Shown here in pieces: positions 55,556-64,000 of a stretch of 64,000 nucleotides of DNA (position 1 is its first letter; the number at the start of each line of letters is the position of its first letter). The position numbers and the translations under genes were made by a program. Below the pieces are notes generated by a model that had not been told where the DNA came from, ran no database searches, and saw nothing but the letters and a program-made list of their open reading frames with translations. Source of the stretch: a virus; IMG/VR virus record IMGVR_UViG_3300033146_005596, positions 62,586-126,585 of that record; one strand, given 5' to 3'.

Positions 55556-55914
55556 GCAAAGAAGTAACAGCACAGCTTTATGATGAGATTGATAAGCTAA
55601 ACATGGTAGCTGCTGATATACAAAACACATCAGATGCTTTAGCTGAGCTCATTGCTAGTTATAGTGATGAGGATTTACAGGATTTTGAGCTTGATTATAC
55701 TGAGTTAACCCGTTCAAATGGTGGTTTAAACAGAGATTATATAAATCAGCTTCAAAATAAAAAACAGGACTTATTAAATAAAGCTAGGACAAATAGTGAA
55801 GTGATTGAAGGTATTTCTAGTGCTTCTGTAGCATTACAAAACCTACAAATAACTTTTAAAAATATTAGTTTGAATATTGAAATATTAGTTGAACAGATAC
55901 AAAGAGGAGTTTAA
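55552..55914 (+). CDS. Helical hypothetical protein
   Basis: Coupled ORF in the late operon. Confidence 0.55.
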   Translation: MSKEVTAQLYDEIDKLNMVAADIQNTSDALAELIASYSDEDLQDFELDYTELTRSNGGLNRDYINQLQNKKQDLLNKARTNSEVIEGISSASVALQNLQITFKNISLNIEILVEQIQRGV

Positions 55915-55916
55915 TA

Positions 55917-56879
55917 ATGAGAAAAGGTTATAGAGAAGACAAGGGCTTAAAAAGTAAACTTGAAAGAGCAGGTTTTATGTTTTCCAGAGTGGAAATGAAA
56001 AAGAAAGTTGATGGGGTTGAATACTCAGCTTACCTAGTTATAAATCAAGGTACCAATAAAGCATACCAAACTTTTGAAAAAGATGGTGAAATTAAATTGA
56101 TTGGTGTATATGCTAATGAGTATGATGAGATGATGGACCAAGCCGAAGCATTGTTTGATGTTGAAGACTTTAGTGCTGATGAGGTTATTGAGTTTATAAC
56201 TGATGATGTTTTACATGAAGCAACAAGAGGCCGGAGAGGCTTTTTACTAAGAGAATCTGCAGGCCTTATTCAGCAATGGCTTGGGGAAGAGCAGCCTGAT
56301 TTAGACAATGGGCCAATGACTAAGCATTATGCAGCTCACCAAGCTTGGGCTGAAGCACAAGGTCTAAAGCCTTATGGCTATAAAACATTTGCAAATATCA
56401 TTAAAAACTATAAGAGTGGTGGTGGGATACCCGGACTCGTACAAGGTGGTGGAAACGTTGAATTAATACAACCTGTAGAATATGATGAGTTTGAGCAGGA
56501 AATATTAGATAATGAAGTTTATTATAAGTTTTCTAGTTTTGAGTTTATCATTGAACAGATTGCAAAGAAATTTCCTGGATTTAATAATGCCTTTGTTTTT
56601 GGTACATCTGGAGTTGGAAAAACTTTTACAGTTAAAGAGATACTGGATAAGTATAGACCTGACTATTATTTACAAACTGGAGGTATTTCTGGTTATACTG
56701 GACTTATGAAGCTATTATACGACCATAGAAAAGATGAGATGGTAGTTCTTGATGATTGTGACAACTTGTTAGAACCAGGAAAACAAACCGCTCATAATAT
56801 TTTAAAAGCTGCACTAGGTGATAGTAATGATGATGGTGAGGGTGGGAGAAGAATGTCTGTTGCAAGAGCAGGTAAATAG
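55917..56879 (+). CDS. N-terminal half of an AAA+ ATPase with an N-terminal extension
   Basis: Walker A GTSGVGKT, Walker B VVLDDCD and NILKAAL, then a stop before sensor 1. Confidence 0.82.
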   Translation: MRKGYREDKGLKSKLERAGFMFSRVEMKKKVDGVEYSAYLVINQGTNKAYQTFEKDGEIKLIGVYANEYDEMMDQAEALFDVEDFSADEVIEFITDDVLHEATRGRRGFLLRESAGLIQQWLGEEQPDLDNGPMTKHYAAHQAWAEAQGLKPYGYKTFANIIKNYKSGGGIPGLVQGGGNVELIQPVEYDEFEQEILDNEVYYKFSSFEFIIEQIAKKFPGFNNAFVFGTSGVGKTFTVKEILDKYRPDYYLQTGGISGYTGLMKLLYDHRKDEMVVLDDCDNLLEPGKQTAHNILKAALGDSNDDGEGGRRMSVARAGK

Positions 56880-56989
56880 TAATACTACCCATCTATCTAT
56901 AAGGAAAAAGGGGCTGGATACTAGTATCCGGTACCCTATTTTTTTTGGTCTTTTCTAAAATGTACTAATTATTATAGGAGAGTTTACTA

Positions 56990-57286
56990 ATGCCTATCTA
57001 TGATTATAAATGCACAAACTGTGGTGAAATCACAACTGAAGTTCGTAATTCGAACAATCTTAAAGAAGATGCTAAATGTGAAAAATGTGGTTCTACTGCC
57101 AGATATAAGTTTTCGTTTGGTGGTACTATTAAAATTAAAGAGCATATGAAAGCAGTACCTTCATCTAGTAGCTATTCAATATCAGATAAAGATATAGCTA
57201 AGCTTGATGAAGCTGAAGACAAGAGAGTTATAGATTATGCAACAGCTAAGCTTTCAGGTAACAAAATACACAAGAAATATTATTAA
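56990..57286 (+). CDS. FmdB-family zinc-ribbon protein
   Basis: MPIYDYKC..CG...C..CG. Confidence 0.85.
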   Translation: MPIYDYKCTNCGEITTEVRNSNNLKEDAKCEKCGSTARYKFSFGGTIKIKEHMKAVPSSSSYSISDKDIAKLDEAEDKRVIDYATAKLSGNKIHKKYY

Positions 57287-57316
57287 TAACTAATTATAGT
57301 AGGAGATACTAAAGAT

Positions 57317-59458
57317 ATGGCCAAAAACGTATATATATCAGGAATGGATGCCCAGTCTGAGATAAAAAAGATTTCATTGATAAATAGACTTGCTTCTAGA
57401 TTTGGGTTTAAATTTTCAAGGCCTGATGAAAATAGAACTAGCTCAAGTCAAGAGCTATCCAATATTAAGTTTGTACAGAAAGAAATAAATAACCTTAAAA
57501 AGGACAATTCTGCTTTTGGGCCAGATGCATCTAAATTTTCTCAAAAGATGGAAGATTTATTTGACTCGTGGTTGTCTGAAACAACTAATTCACAAACAGA
57601 TTTGAACATGCGAACTCGCCGTATAAGTGAGTTATCTTTTGCTTACTACAACGACCCTTATATTTCTAGGGGAGTTAACCTCGCGGCTAATGAGGCAACT
57701 CAAACAGATGTACAAGATATTTTAATAGACGTAAAAAGTCCTAATCCAAAGTTAAAAGCTAGGATTTATGAACTATTTGACCAGTGGGGTATTACTCAGT
57801 CAAGAGTCAGAGGTGCAATCCGAGACATAGAACTTTTTGGAGATGCTTTCTGGACTAACAAAATTTCAGAAAGAGGTGTCGAGAAAATTATGCCTTTAAA
57901 GCAAACTCAAATAAAAGAGAGGCTGGAATACAATCCCATTGAAATTGCAGAGAGGGAAGCTCTAAAAAAAGGTAATTTGACCCAGTCAATAAATAAAAAA
58001 GCAGCTCTTGAAGAGTTGTTTAACTACTTAAAAAAAGAGTATTCTTTTAATGAGAGCTACGTTGATGTTTTTGAGTCGAGGCTTTTTGGATATATACTTC
58101 AAGATGATATAGTACTACCTCCTTGGAGTGTTACACATTTTAGAAACGATGCAGATGCCTCAGAATTTTTTCCGTTTGGCCGTTCTAATGTTATTAGTGC
58201 TCTGGCACCATTTAAACAAGCAGCTAGTACTATGACGTTGCAATCGATGGCTAGGTCCCTTAGCTTTCCTTTGACAATAAATGAAGTTGAGGTAGTTCCA
58301 TCAATGGACTTAGCCGCTAAGTTTGAAGCTGTTAATATGGTACGAGAAGCTTATGAAAATGTTGGTGCTGTTGCTGGTGTTGGACAGTCAGAGACTTATG
58401 GAATAAACCATAAAATATGGATTCCCAAAGGGTTAGTTAGTACGTCTATTCACAAATCAGAAATAAATGCAGACTTTATTGAGGATTTAAAAATATATCA
58501 AGAAAGAGTTGCTATAGCAATGGGTATTCCATCATCAATATTTGACCCTGACTTTGCACTAGGTAATGTATCAGCTATATCTTTAATAGAACAACACAAG
58601 CCTTTTGCTCGTAAAGTCTTTGGTTTACAATCATCATTTTTAAATGGAATTGATGAGCTACTAAAAATACATTTTTCTATATCTGGTGAGTTTGATTTAG
58701 ATGAAGAAGTATTTATGCTAAGTATGAACTTCCCAGGTGCGGAGTCTGGTTCAGACCGAGTTGATGCTAAAAAGAGGTCGATGGAACTTGCGAGCTCAGT
58801 TCTTGAGATTTTTAAAGATACTATTGGAACAGATGATTCTGAATTTCCACGAGAAATTGCTAAAGATATACTGTTAAAATATAGTTTTTTAGACCCAAAA
58901 GATGTTGAGAAATGGACATCAACTTTTAGAACTTTTTCCAAGAATAAGCCAGAGTCTAAAGAAGACTCAGGAGATAAATCAGAAAACGAGGACGATTTTG
59001 GTGGCTTTAGTGGTGGAGATGATTTTGATGGAGGCGATTTTGATGGAGAAAGCTACTCAGATGATGATTTTGATGATAGTGCTTTAGAAGACGAGCCCAC
59101 TGAAATGCAGGATAGTTATAGAAAAAGACAAAAAAGAATACGAGAAGCCAGAAGATATAAAGAGCTAAAAACTAGGTATAATCTTATAAAAGAAGATACT
59201 TATTTCAAAACATTAGACGAATGTCAATTTAGAGACTTTAAAAATAATAATAGGCACTATGTTTTAAGCAAAGCAAAACCTAGCTATTTAGAGGCAATAC
59301 AGCTTGGGTGGGTTGAAAACAACTTTGACACAAAACCAAAGGCAAAAACTCTAAAAACTTTAAAGGAAGCTACTAATGATATTATGGCTGATATGGCAGA
59401 TATGAAGGCAGATGCACAAACTTCTATAGAGTTAAACTTCGAAAATTTGGAGATTTAA
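57317..59458 (+). CDS. Portal protein (T4 gp20-like)
   Basis: P.I...V...ANEA, FGD.F, W.VTHFR...FFPFGRS and A.GIP. Acidic tail. Upstream of the protease. Confidence 0.88.
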   Translation: MAKNVYISGMDAQSEIKKISLINRLASRFGFKFSRPDENRTSSSQELSNIKFVQKEINNLKKDNSAFGPDASKFSQKMEDLFDSWLSETTNSQTDLNMRTRRISELSFAYYNDPYISRGVNLAANEATQTDVQDILIDVKSPNPKLKARIYELFDQWGITQSRVRGAIRDIELFGDAFWTNKISERGVEKIMPLKQTQIKERLEYNPIEIAEREALKKGNLTQSINKKAALEELFNYLKKEYSFNESYVDVFESRLFGYILQDDIVLPPWSVTHFRNDADASEFFPFGRSNVISALAPFKQAASTMTLQSMARSLSFPLTINEVEVVPSMDLAAKFEAVNMVREAYENVGAVAGVGQSETYGINHKIWIPKGLVSTSIHKSEINADFIEDLKIYQERVAIAMGIPSSIFDPDFALGNVSAISLIEQHKPFARKVFGLQSSFLNGIDELLKIHFSISGEFDLDEEVFMLSMNFPGAESGSDRVDAKKRSMELASSVLEIFKDTIGTDDSEFPREIAKDILLKYSFLDPKDVEKWTSTFRTFSKNKPESKEDSGDKSENEDDFGGFSGGDDFDGGDFDGESYSDDDFDDSALEDEPTEMQDSYRKRQKRIREARRYKELKTRYNLIKEDTYFKTLDECQFRDFKNNNRHYVLSKAKPSYLEAIQLGWVENNFDTKPKAKTLKTLKEATNDIMADMADMKADAQTSIELNFENLEI

Positions 59459-59503
59459 CCTAAATTTTACAAGTAACTTATTATATAATAAAAGGACGGG
59501 TTT

Positions 59504-61162
59504 ATGAAGCAACGATTTACTGAAACGTTTATATATGACAAAAATACTTTTAGCAAGATTAAAAAGGTAAGAGGTTCAGCTTTAGCTGAGTCTCATATTA
59601 AAAAAGTTTTGAAAGAGAAAAAGATTATAGATGAGGGGAAATCAAAGAATTTCTATGAATTTCCAATTTCTAAATATGATTTTGTCAATGCAAATAATAG
59701 GGATTATCCTAAAAAGCTTTGGGAGAATGTAATAAAAAATCAAAAAGCTATTTGGAAAGGCGGTGTTGGACTAGCTGACCATCCAGAAAATGAAGGCTTT
59801 TTTAAAGATTCAGTAATTGTATGGACTGACATGAGAATATCAGAATCTGATAATCTTGTATATGCTACTGGCGCCTTTGTTGGACCTTATGGAAAAATGT
59901 GCGAAGAGATTATAGACACTGGTGGACGTGTTGGCTTTAGTTCATCTGGTTTTGGAGAGTTGATGGATGAGTCAACTGTAGACCCTGACACTTACGAAAT
60001 AGAGAGAGTCGCAGACGTTGTACTAAATCCTTCTCAGGGAGTATTTGGTGATGCAACACATAAACAAAACGAATCTAAGAGCTTTAACGGTATTAAAGAA
60101 AGCTCTATTAAAAAGGAGAGTGCATCAATGCCGGGAACAAAAATCTCAAAAATTGAGGAAAAAAAGTTTAAAAAAGACGTGCAGGTTTTTATAGAAGATG
60201 CAAAAAAGCATAATGACCCACGACAAAAAATTGGAGAGCTAAATGATATTAAAGTTTATCTTGAAGATAATAAAAGTTTTGATAGCTCAAGTACTTTTAT
60301 GGAAGAAATCAACAAGCTTGTTGAAAGTACTGAGTCTGAGCTAAAAGAGTTTATTGAAAGTTCAATTGATTTAAAGGTAAATCTTGGAGTGGATAATTCT
60401 GAGGATTTAAAGCAAAAACTAGAGATGATTCATGAAGATTCTAAAACTCTTAAAGCTAATGTTAAAGACTGGGAAAAGATTTCAGAAACATTGGCACAAA
60501 GAAACAAAAAGCTAAAGGATAAACTTACTGCATCTCCAACTATGAGAGAACAAAAAAGTTTATTAGCAACTATCAAGAAACTTGAGTCTGAGAAAAGAAA
60601 CACAGTTAAAAAGTTTAGAGCTTTTGAAAAAGAAGCAATAAAAGCAAATTCAAAGTTAATGAAAGCTTATAAAGAGCAAGGTGCAAAACTTGTTGTACTA
60701 GATGAAAATCTTGAAATAGAAAAAAGAAAAAATAAGCATTTAATCAAAGAGAATTATAAACTAGTTAATGCTGAAAAATCAAGAGTTAATAATCTAAGAG
60801 AAGCTAAGAAACAGGAAATTAGAGAGGCAATTGATAAAAAGAAAGCTGCTCAAGACCCTATTAAAAAGTTTTATGAGAGTGAGTTTTCCGAAGAAGCACA
60901 AGTTGAGTCTTACTATGCAGACCTAGTGCTAAAGCACGGTTCTGCTATAGCACCTTTTAGAAGAAAGATTTTGTCTGAAAACACAGTTAAAGGTGCAATG
61001 AGTGTATATTTTAAGATTAGAGACGGACTAACAAATGTTGATAGAATTCCAGAGTCTTCTTTAATTGGAAACAAGAGCAGAACAAAAATGCTAGAAAGTA
61101 AAGGTATTAAGCTAGTAGACAGGGATTCCAAGCTAGCAAATATGCCTGAAGGATGGAACTAA
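59504..61162 (+). CDS. Prohead protease (gp21-like) fused to a coiled-coil scaffold region
   Basis: NANNR.YP, DHP, G.SSSG.G and DVV.NPS, followed by a long coiled coil. Confidence 0.88.
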   Translation: MKQRFTETFIYDKNTFSKIKKVRGSALAESHIKKVLKEKKIIDEGKSKNFYEFPISKYDFVNANNRDYPKKLWENVIKNQKAIWKGGVGLADHPENEGFFKDSVIVWTDMRISESDNLVYATGAFVGPYGKMCEEIIDTGGRVGFSSSGFGELMDESTVDPDTYEIERVADVVLNPSQGVFGDATHKQNESKSFNGIKESSIKKESASMPGTKISKIEEKKFKKDVQVFIEDAKKHNDPRQKIGELNDIKVYLEDNKSFDSSSTFMEEINKLVESTESELKEFIESSIDLKVNLGVDNSEDLKQKLEMIHEDSKTLKANVKDWEKISETLAQRNKKLKDKLTASPTMREQKSLLATIKKLESEKRNTVKKFRAFEKEAIKANSKLMKAYKEQGAKLVVLDENLEIEKRKNKHLIKENYKLVNAEKSRVNNLREAKKQEIREAIDKKKAAQDPIKKFYESEFSEEAQVESYYADLVLKHGSAIAPFRRKILSENTVKGAMSVYFKIRDGLTNVDRIPESSLIGNKSRTKMLESKGIKLVDRDSKLANMPEGWN

Positions 61163-62316
61163 TGAGATTTCTTTATAAAGAAGATGAGCAGGGCATAAGC
61201 CCTAATGAACAATTTAATGATGATGAGCTTGACTTGTCACAAGACTTGGACTTTGAACAAGGTGAAGACCCTCAGACTGAACCAGCCCCTGAACCAGCTC
61301 CTGAAGCGGCAGCTCCAGTACCACAAGCCCCAATAGCAGGTGCTGATGGTGTTCAGTACATGCTGGTACCCGTGGCTAATTTACAAGCTGGCCAAACTGT
61401 AACAGTACCAACAAACACTGGTATTACTGGAGGCGGTCAAGTTGGTGATGAAGTTTTGCAAGGAAATGAAAATTTAGCACAACCTCAGCAAGAGTCTCGT
61501 AGGGCTAAGTTTAAAAAAAGGCAATTAGCTTTTAGAGAAGAGGAGTTTATGGATATTGATACTGATGACTTTGGAGCAATTGAAGACTATGACTTTGATG
61601 ATAACCAAGTACAAGATTTTGATAATGAACATACTCCTGAGTCAACTTCTATTGAAATAGAACTACCAGCTGGTGTTGAAATTCCACCGGGTACAGAGCT
61701 AACAGCTAGGTTTACAGCAGACGATGATGAGGATTTAGATAATGATGGCATGTTAGATACAGAAGAGGAGCATGGAGAGTTAGAAGATTATAATTTAGAA
61801 GGAGATTACGAACAACCTATGAGAGTATTAGAAGACAGAAGAAAAAGAACGGGTGAATTAGCAAGACGAAGTGAAGCAGCTAGGCAAAAAAGCAAGGTGC
61901 TTAGAAGAAGAGAAGCAATTGCGAGACATAAAGAGGCAGCTGATGTATCAAAGTATCAGACAGCAGGTAAAGTTATAACTCAAGATTTTATTAAGTATGG
62001 TGATAGAACTGACTTAGTTTCTAGAGGAGTTGGTAAGACTGCAGGACGAAAGAAAGAGTATACACCTAGAATTGGAAAATCTTGGATTGTTAGTGATAAA
62101 CAACCAAAAAGAGAAGCTCCTAAGGGATTACCTGGAAATGATTTTTCAAGTAAAAAGAGAACTCCTTCTAAATACAATCCTAAAAGAACTGGAGCGCCTA
62201 AAAACTTTAGAGATTCCATTCAAAGAAAACGAGCTGTAGCTCCTGTGGAAAGAGTTGAAGAAAAATCAGGTAAACTGGACTATAAGAAATTACTATCTGA
62301 GGGAATTCTTGGATAA
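61162..62316 (+). CDS. Acidic/basic low-complexity prohead core protein
   Basis: Start placed at the TAATG overlap. D/E-rich then K/R-rich, with YKE/FRE/VLE motifs. Confidence 0.55.
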   Translation: MRFLYKEDEQGISPNEQFNDDELDLSQDLDFEQGEDPQTEPAPEPAPEAAAPVPQAPIAGADGVQYMLVPVANLQAGQTVTVPTNTGITGGGQVGDEVLQGNENLAQPQQESRRAKFKKRQLAFREEEFMDIDTDDFGAIEDYDFDDNQVQDFDNEHTPESTSIEIELPAGVEIPPGTELTARFTADDDEDLDNDGMLDTEEEHGELEDYNLEGDYEQPMRVLEDRRKRTGELARRSEAARQKSKVLRRREAIARHKEAADVSKYQTAGKVITQDFIKYGDRTDLVSRGVGKTAGRKKEYTPRIGKSWIVSDKQPKREAPKGLPGNDFSSKKRTPSKYNPKRTGAPKNFRDSIQRKRAVAPVERVEEKSGKLDYKKLLSEGILG

Positions 62317-62345
62317 CTAAAAATTATTTAATAATTGTATAACTA

Positions 62346-62378
62346 AGCCTGTTTAATTTAATATTAAGCAGGCTTTTT
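62346..62378 (+). terminator. Rho-independent terminator
   Basis: AAGCCTGTTTAAT / ATTAAGCAGGCTT followed by a T-run. Confidence 0.75.
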
Positions 62379-62395
62379 ATTTGGACTAATTATAT

Positions 62396-63556
62396 ATGCT
62401 ATTATCAGAAACAGGAAGCAAAGTCTTCTATAAAAAATTTTATGAATGGATTCAGCTACAAGACCTCAGGCCAGAAATGGGTATATCTGATTTTACTAAA
62501 AAGTTTAAAGATGAAAGGACTTTAGAGTTTGGCCCAGAGAAAAACTTAGCTCGGCTTGAAGATATGGAACAAAATGGTAATGATATTACTTTTATATGGA
62601 CAACTCCAGTAGGAAGCCGTGACCCAAAAAAAGTTAATGATAACCACGAGATTGTTGATAATCCCGAACGTGAGTATATCCTAAAAATAAAGTTTATAGA
62701 CTTTGTACAAAAAACGAATAACTTAAGAATTGAGGATTTGGAAGACTTTCATAGTATAGCTATGTCCTGTAATATTCAGATAGATGATAATGACCCGAGC
62801 TTTCAATTTCAAGGTATGAATTATAACATAAGCCAGTTAGATGGCTCATTGAATCCCACAAATATACCACCTAAAGATTGGAGAAGATTCCATAATAATG
62901 ACAACTTCTTATCTAAGTTTATGCAGGGCTTAATAGATAGTATTGAATTTTTCTACAAGCCTATGATGCTGATGTTCAATGATTATAACTCTTATGCTTC
63001 AAGTATAGCTGCAGGAGAAGAGATAAACATAAATGATGATGTTTATGATAACCCTTACAATATTGATGGATTTCCAGGTGAGGTTGAGTTTACCCCTGAA
63101 TATAATACTGATGCAGAAGAAAAAGATATAAATGAAGACCCAGAAGATGATAGGTTTAATATTGACTGGGACAGCTTAGATATAGATGATTCAGATTTTG
63201 AGGTTACTATAGAAGATGATGACAGAGGTTGGGTACTTGATATTAACAACCCAGAATCGGAAGAGATTGAATATTCAGATTTTTCAAGTGATACTGAAGA
63301 TTTGGAGCCAGTAATTGAGCCATTGTTAAAGGATGATGAAAGTTCTGATGATGTAGAAGATAAAGCAGAAAAAGAAGACATGGAATTTGATTTTGATGAT
63401 TTTTATGATGAGTTTGATACAGGCCTTTATGCTAAGGACGAAGAAGTAGACTATGTGGACAAGACGGATGACATTGAAAATATTACTGATGATAGTATTG
63501 TTTTGGATGATGATGCCGAATTTGATATTGATGATATATTCAACGCGTTTAGCTAG
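62396..63556 (+). CDS. Late protein with a very acidic C-terminal half
   Basis: ACTAATTA-TAT-ATG start. D.NDPSFQFQG..Y...Q.D globular N-domain. Confidence 0.6.
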   Translation: MLLSETGSKVFYKKFYEWIQLQDLRPEMGISDFTKKFKDERTLEFGPEKNLARLEDMEQNGNDITFIWTTPVGSRDPKKVNDNHEIVDNPEREYILKIKFIDFVQKTNNLRIEDLEDFHSIAMSCNIQIDDNDPSFQFQGMNYNISQLDGSLNPTNIPPKDWRRFHNNDNFLSKFMQGLIDSIEFFYKPMMLMFNDYNSYASSIAAGEEININDDVYDNPYNIDGFPGEVEFTPEYNTDAEEKDINEDPEDDRFNIDWDSLDIDDSDFEVTIEDDDRGWVLDINNPESEEIEYSDFSSDTEDLEPVIEPLLKDDESSDDVEDKAEKEDMEFDFDDFYDEFDTGLYAKDEEVDYVDKTDDIENITDDSIVLDDDAEFDIDDIFNAFS

Positions 63557-63851
63557 GCTTATATTTTCTAAATCGAGCATAAAAAGCAAAAGGACTAATT
63601 AAATATTAGTATAGCATAGTAGCTTAGGTTAAAAAAGCTAGATGCACTAATTATAATAGAGTGGTTATATGAAGTTATCTTATTAACTTTTATATGTTCA
63701 AATTTTGAGAAGCTAGTATATATAAGCTTCTCATGTTTTAGGTTATTATTTATAAACCTAAACAAAGGCAAATAATATAAATAATAGGCCTTGTACAAAT
63801 TAAGAACAACTTGTATAATAACTTAAATAAGAATTAAAGGAAATTACTATA

Positions 63852-64000
63852 ATGGTTAGAAAAAGAATGGCTGGTAAATCAGCCCCTAATACTAAGAAGA
63901 TTGTTGAAGCAACTAACGAGAAAACAGCTCGTGGTAGACTATTAGTAGAGAACTGGAAAAAAGTTCCTGAAATTGGTCCATCTTTAGCAAAACTTTCAGA
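63852..64000 (+). CDS. Probable major capsid protein, N-terminus (runs off the window)
   Basis: MVRKRM...KIVE...LLVENWKKVPEIG resembles the gp23-like L.EKW start. Lies downstream of portal and protease. Confidence 0.5.
   Translation, partial: MVRKRMAGKSAPNTKKIVEATNEKTARGRLLVENWKKVPEIGPSLAKLS

Noticed and set aside
58960-63556. Nucleotide repeats in the portal tail and in 61162-63556
   Set aside because: They are explained by Asp/Glu-rich low-complexity coding sequence.
3337-63798. Numerous antisense ORFs in the track (e.g. 3337-3660, 19272-19607, 39804-40253, 58498-58941, 63055-63381)
   Set aside because: They are shadows of well-supported genes on the opposite strand, with no SD or motifs. 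Only the same-strand overlap at 3375-3977 has independent support.

Overview
A 64 kb, AT-rich segment of a large tailed bacteriophage with T4-like head genes (portal, prohead protease, probable start of the major capsid gene). NrdD/NrdG suggest an anaerobic host. In order, the window holds: tail-fibre and lysis-like genes; early accessory genes; an RNA-repair and translation island (RNA ligase, RtcB, phosphoesterase, tRNAs); a fractured terminase; two sigma-like factors; a truncated family A DNA polymerase; nucleotide metabolism genes; an AT-rich repeat region; and head genes. Main observations: (1) a 105-nt tmRNA-like gene with a complete tRNA-like domain and a 9-codon tag frame but no pseudoknots, next to rtcB; (2) a terminase with a Glu-initiated class 3 mini-intein plus a naturally split class 3 intein whose halves flank a free-standing endonuclease gene; (3) a roughly 45-aa half-Hint-like module shared by the C-terminus of the truncated polymerase and a loop of NrdD; (4) an AAA+ ATPase split into two genes in reversed order; (5) three recurring promoter-like motifs, one lying exactly 3 nt before SD-less start codons. 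All calls are by-eye motif recognition. No searches were run, so novelty claims need database confirmation.
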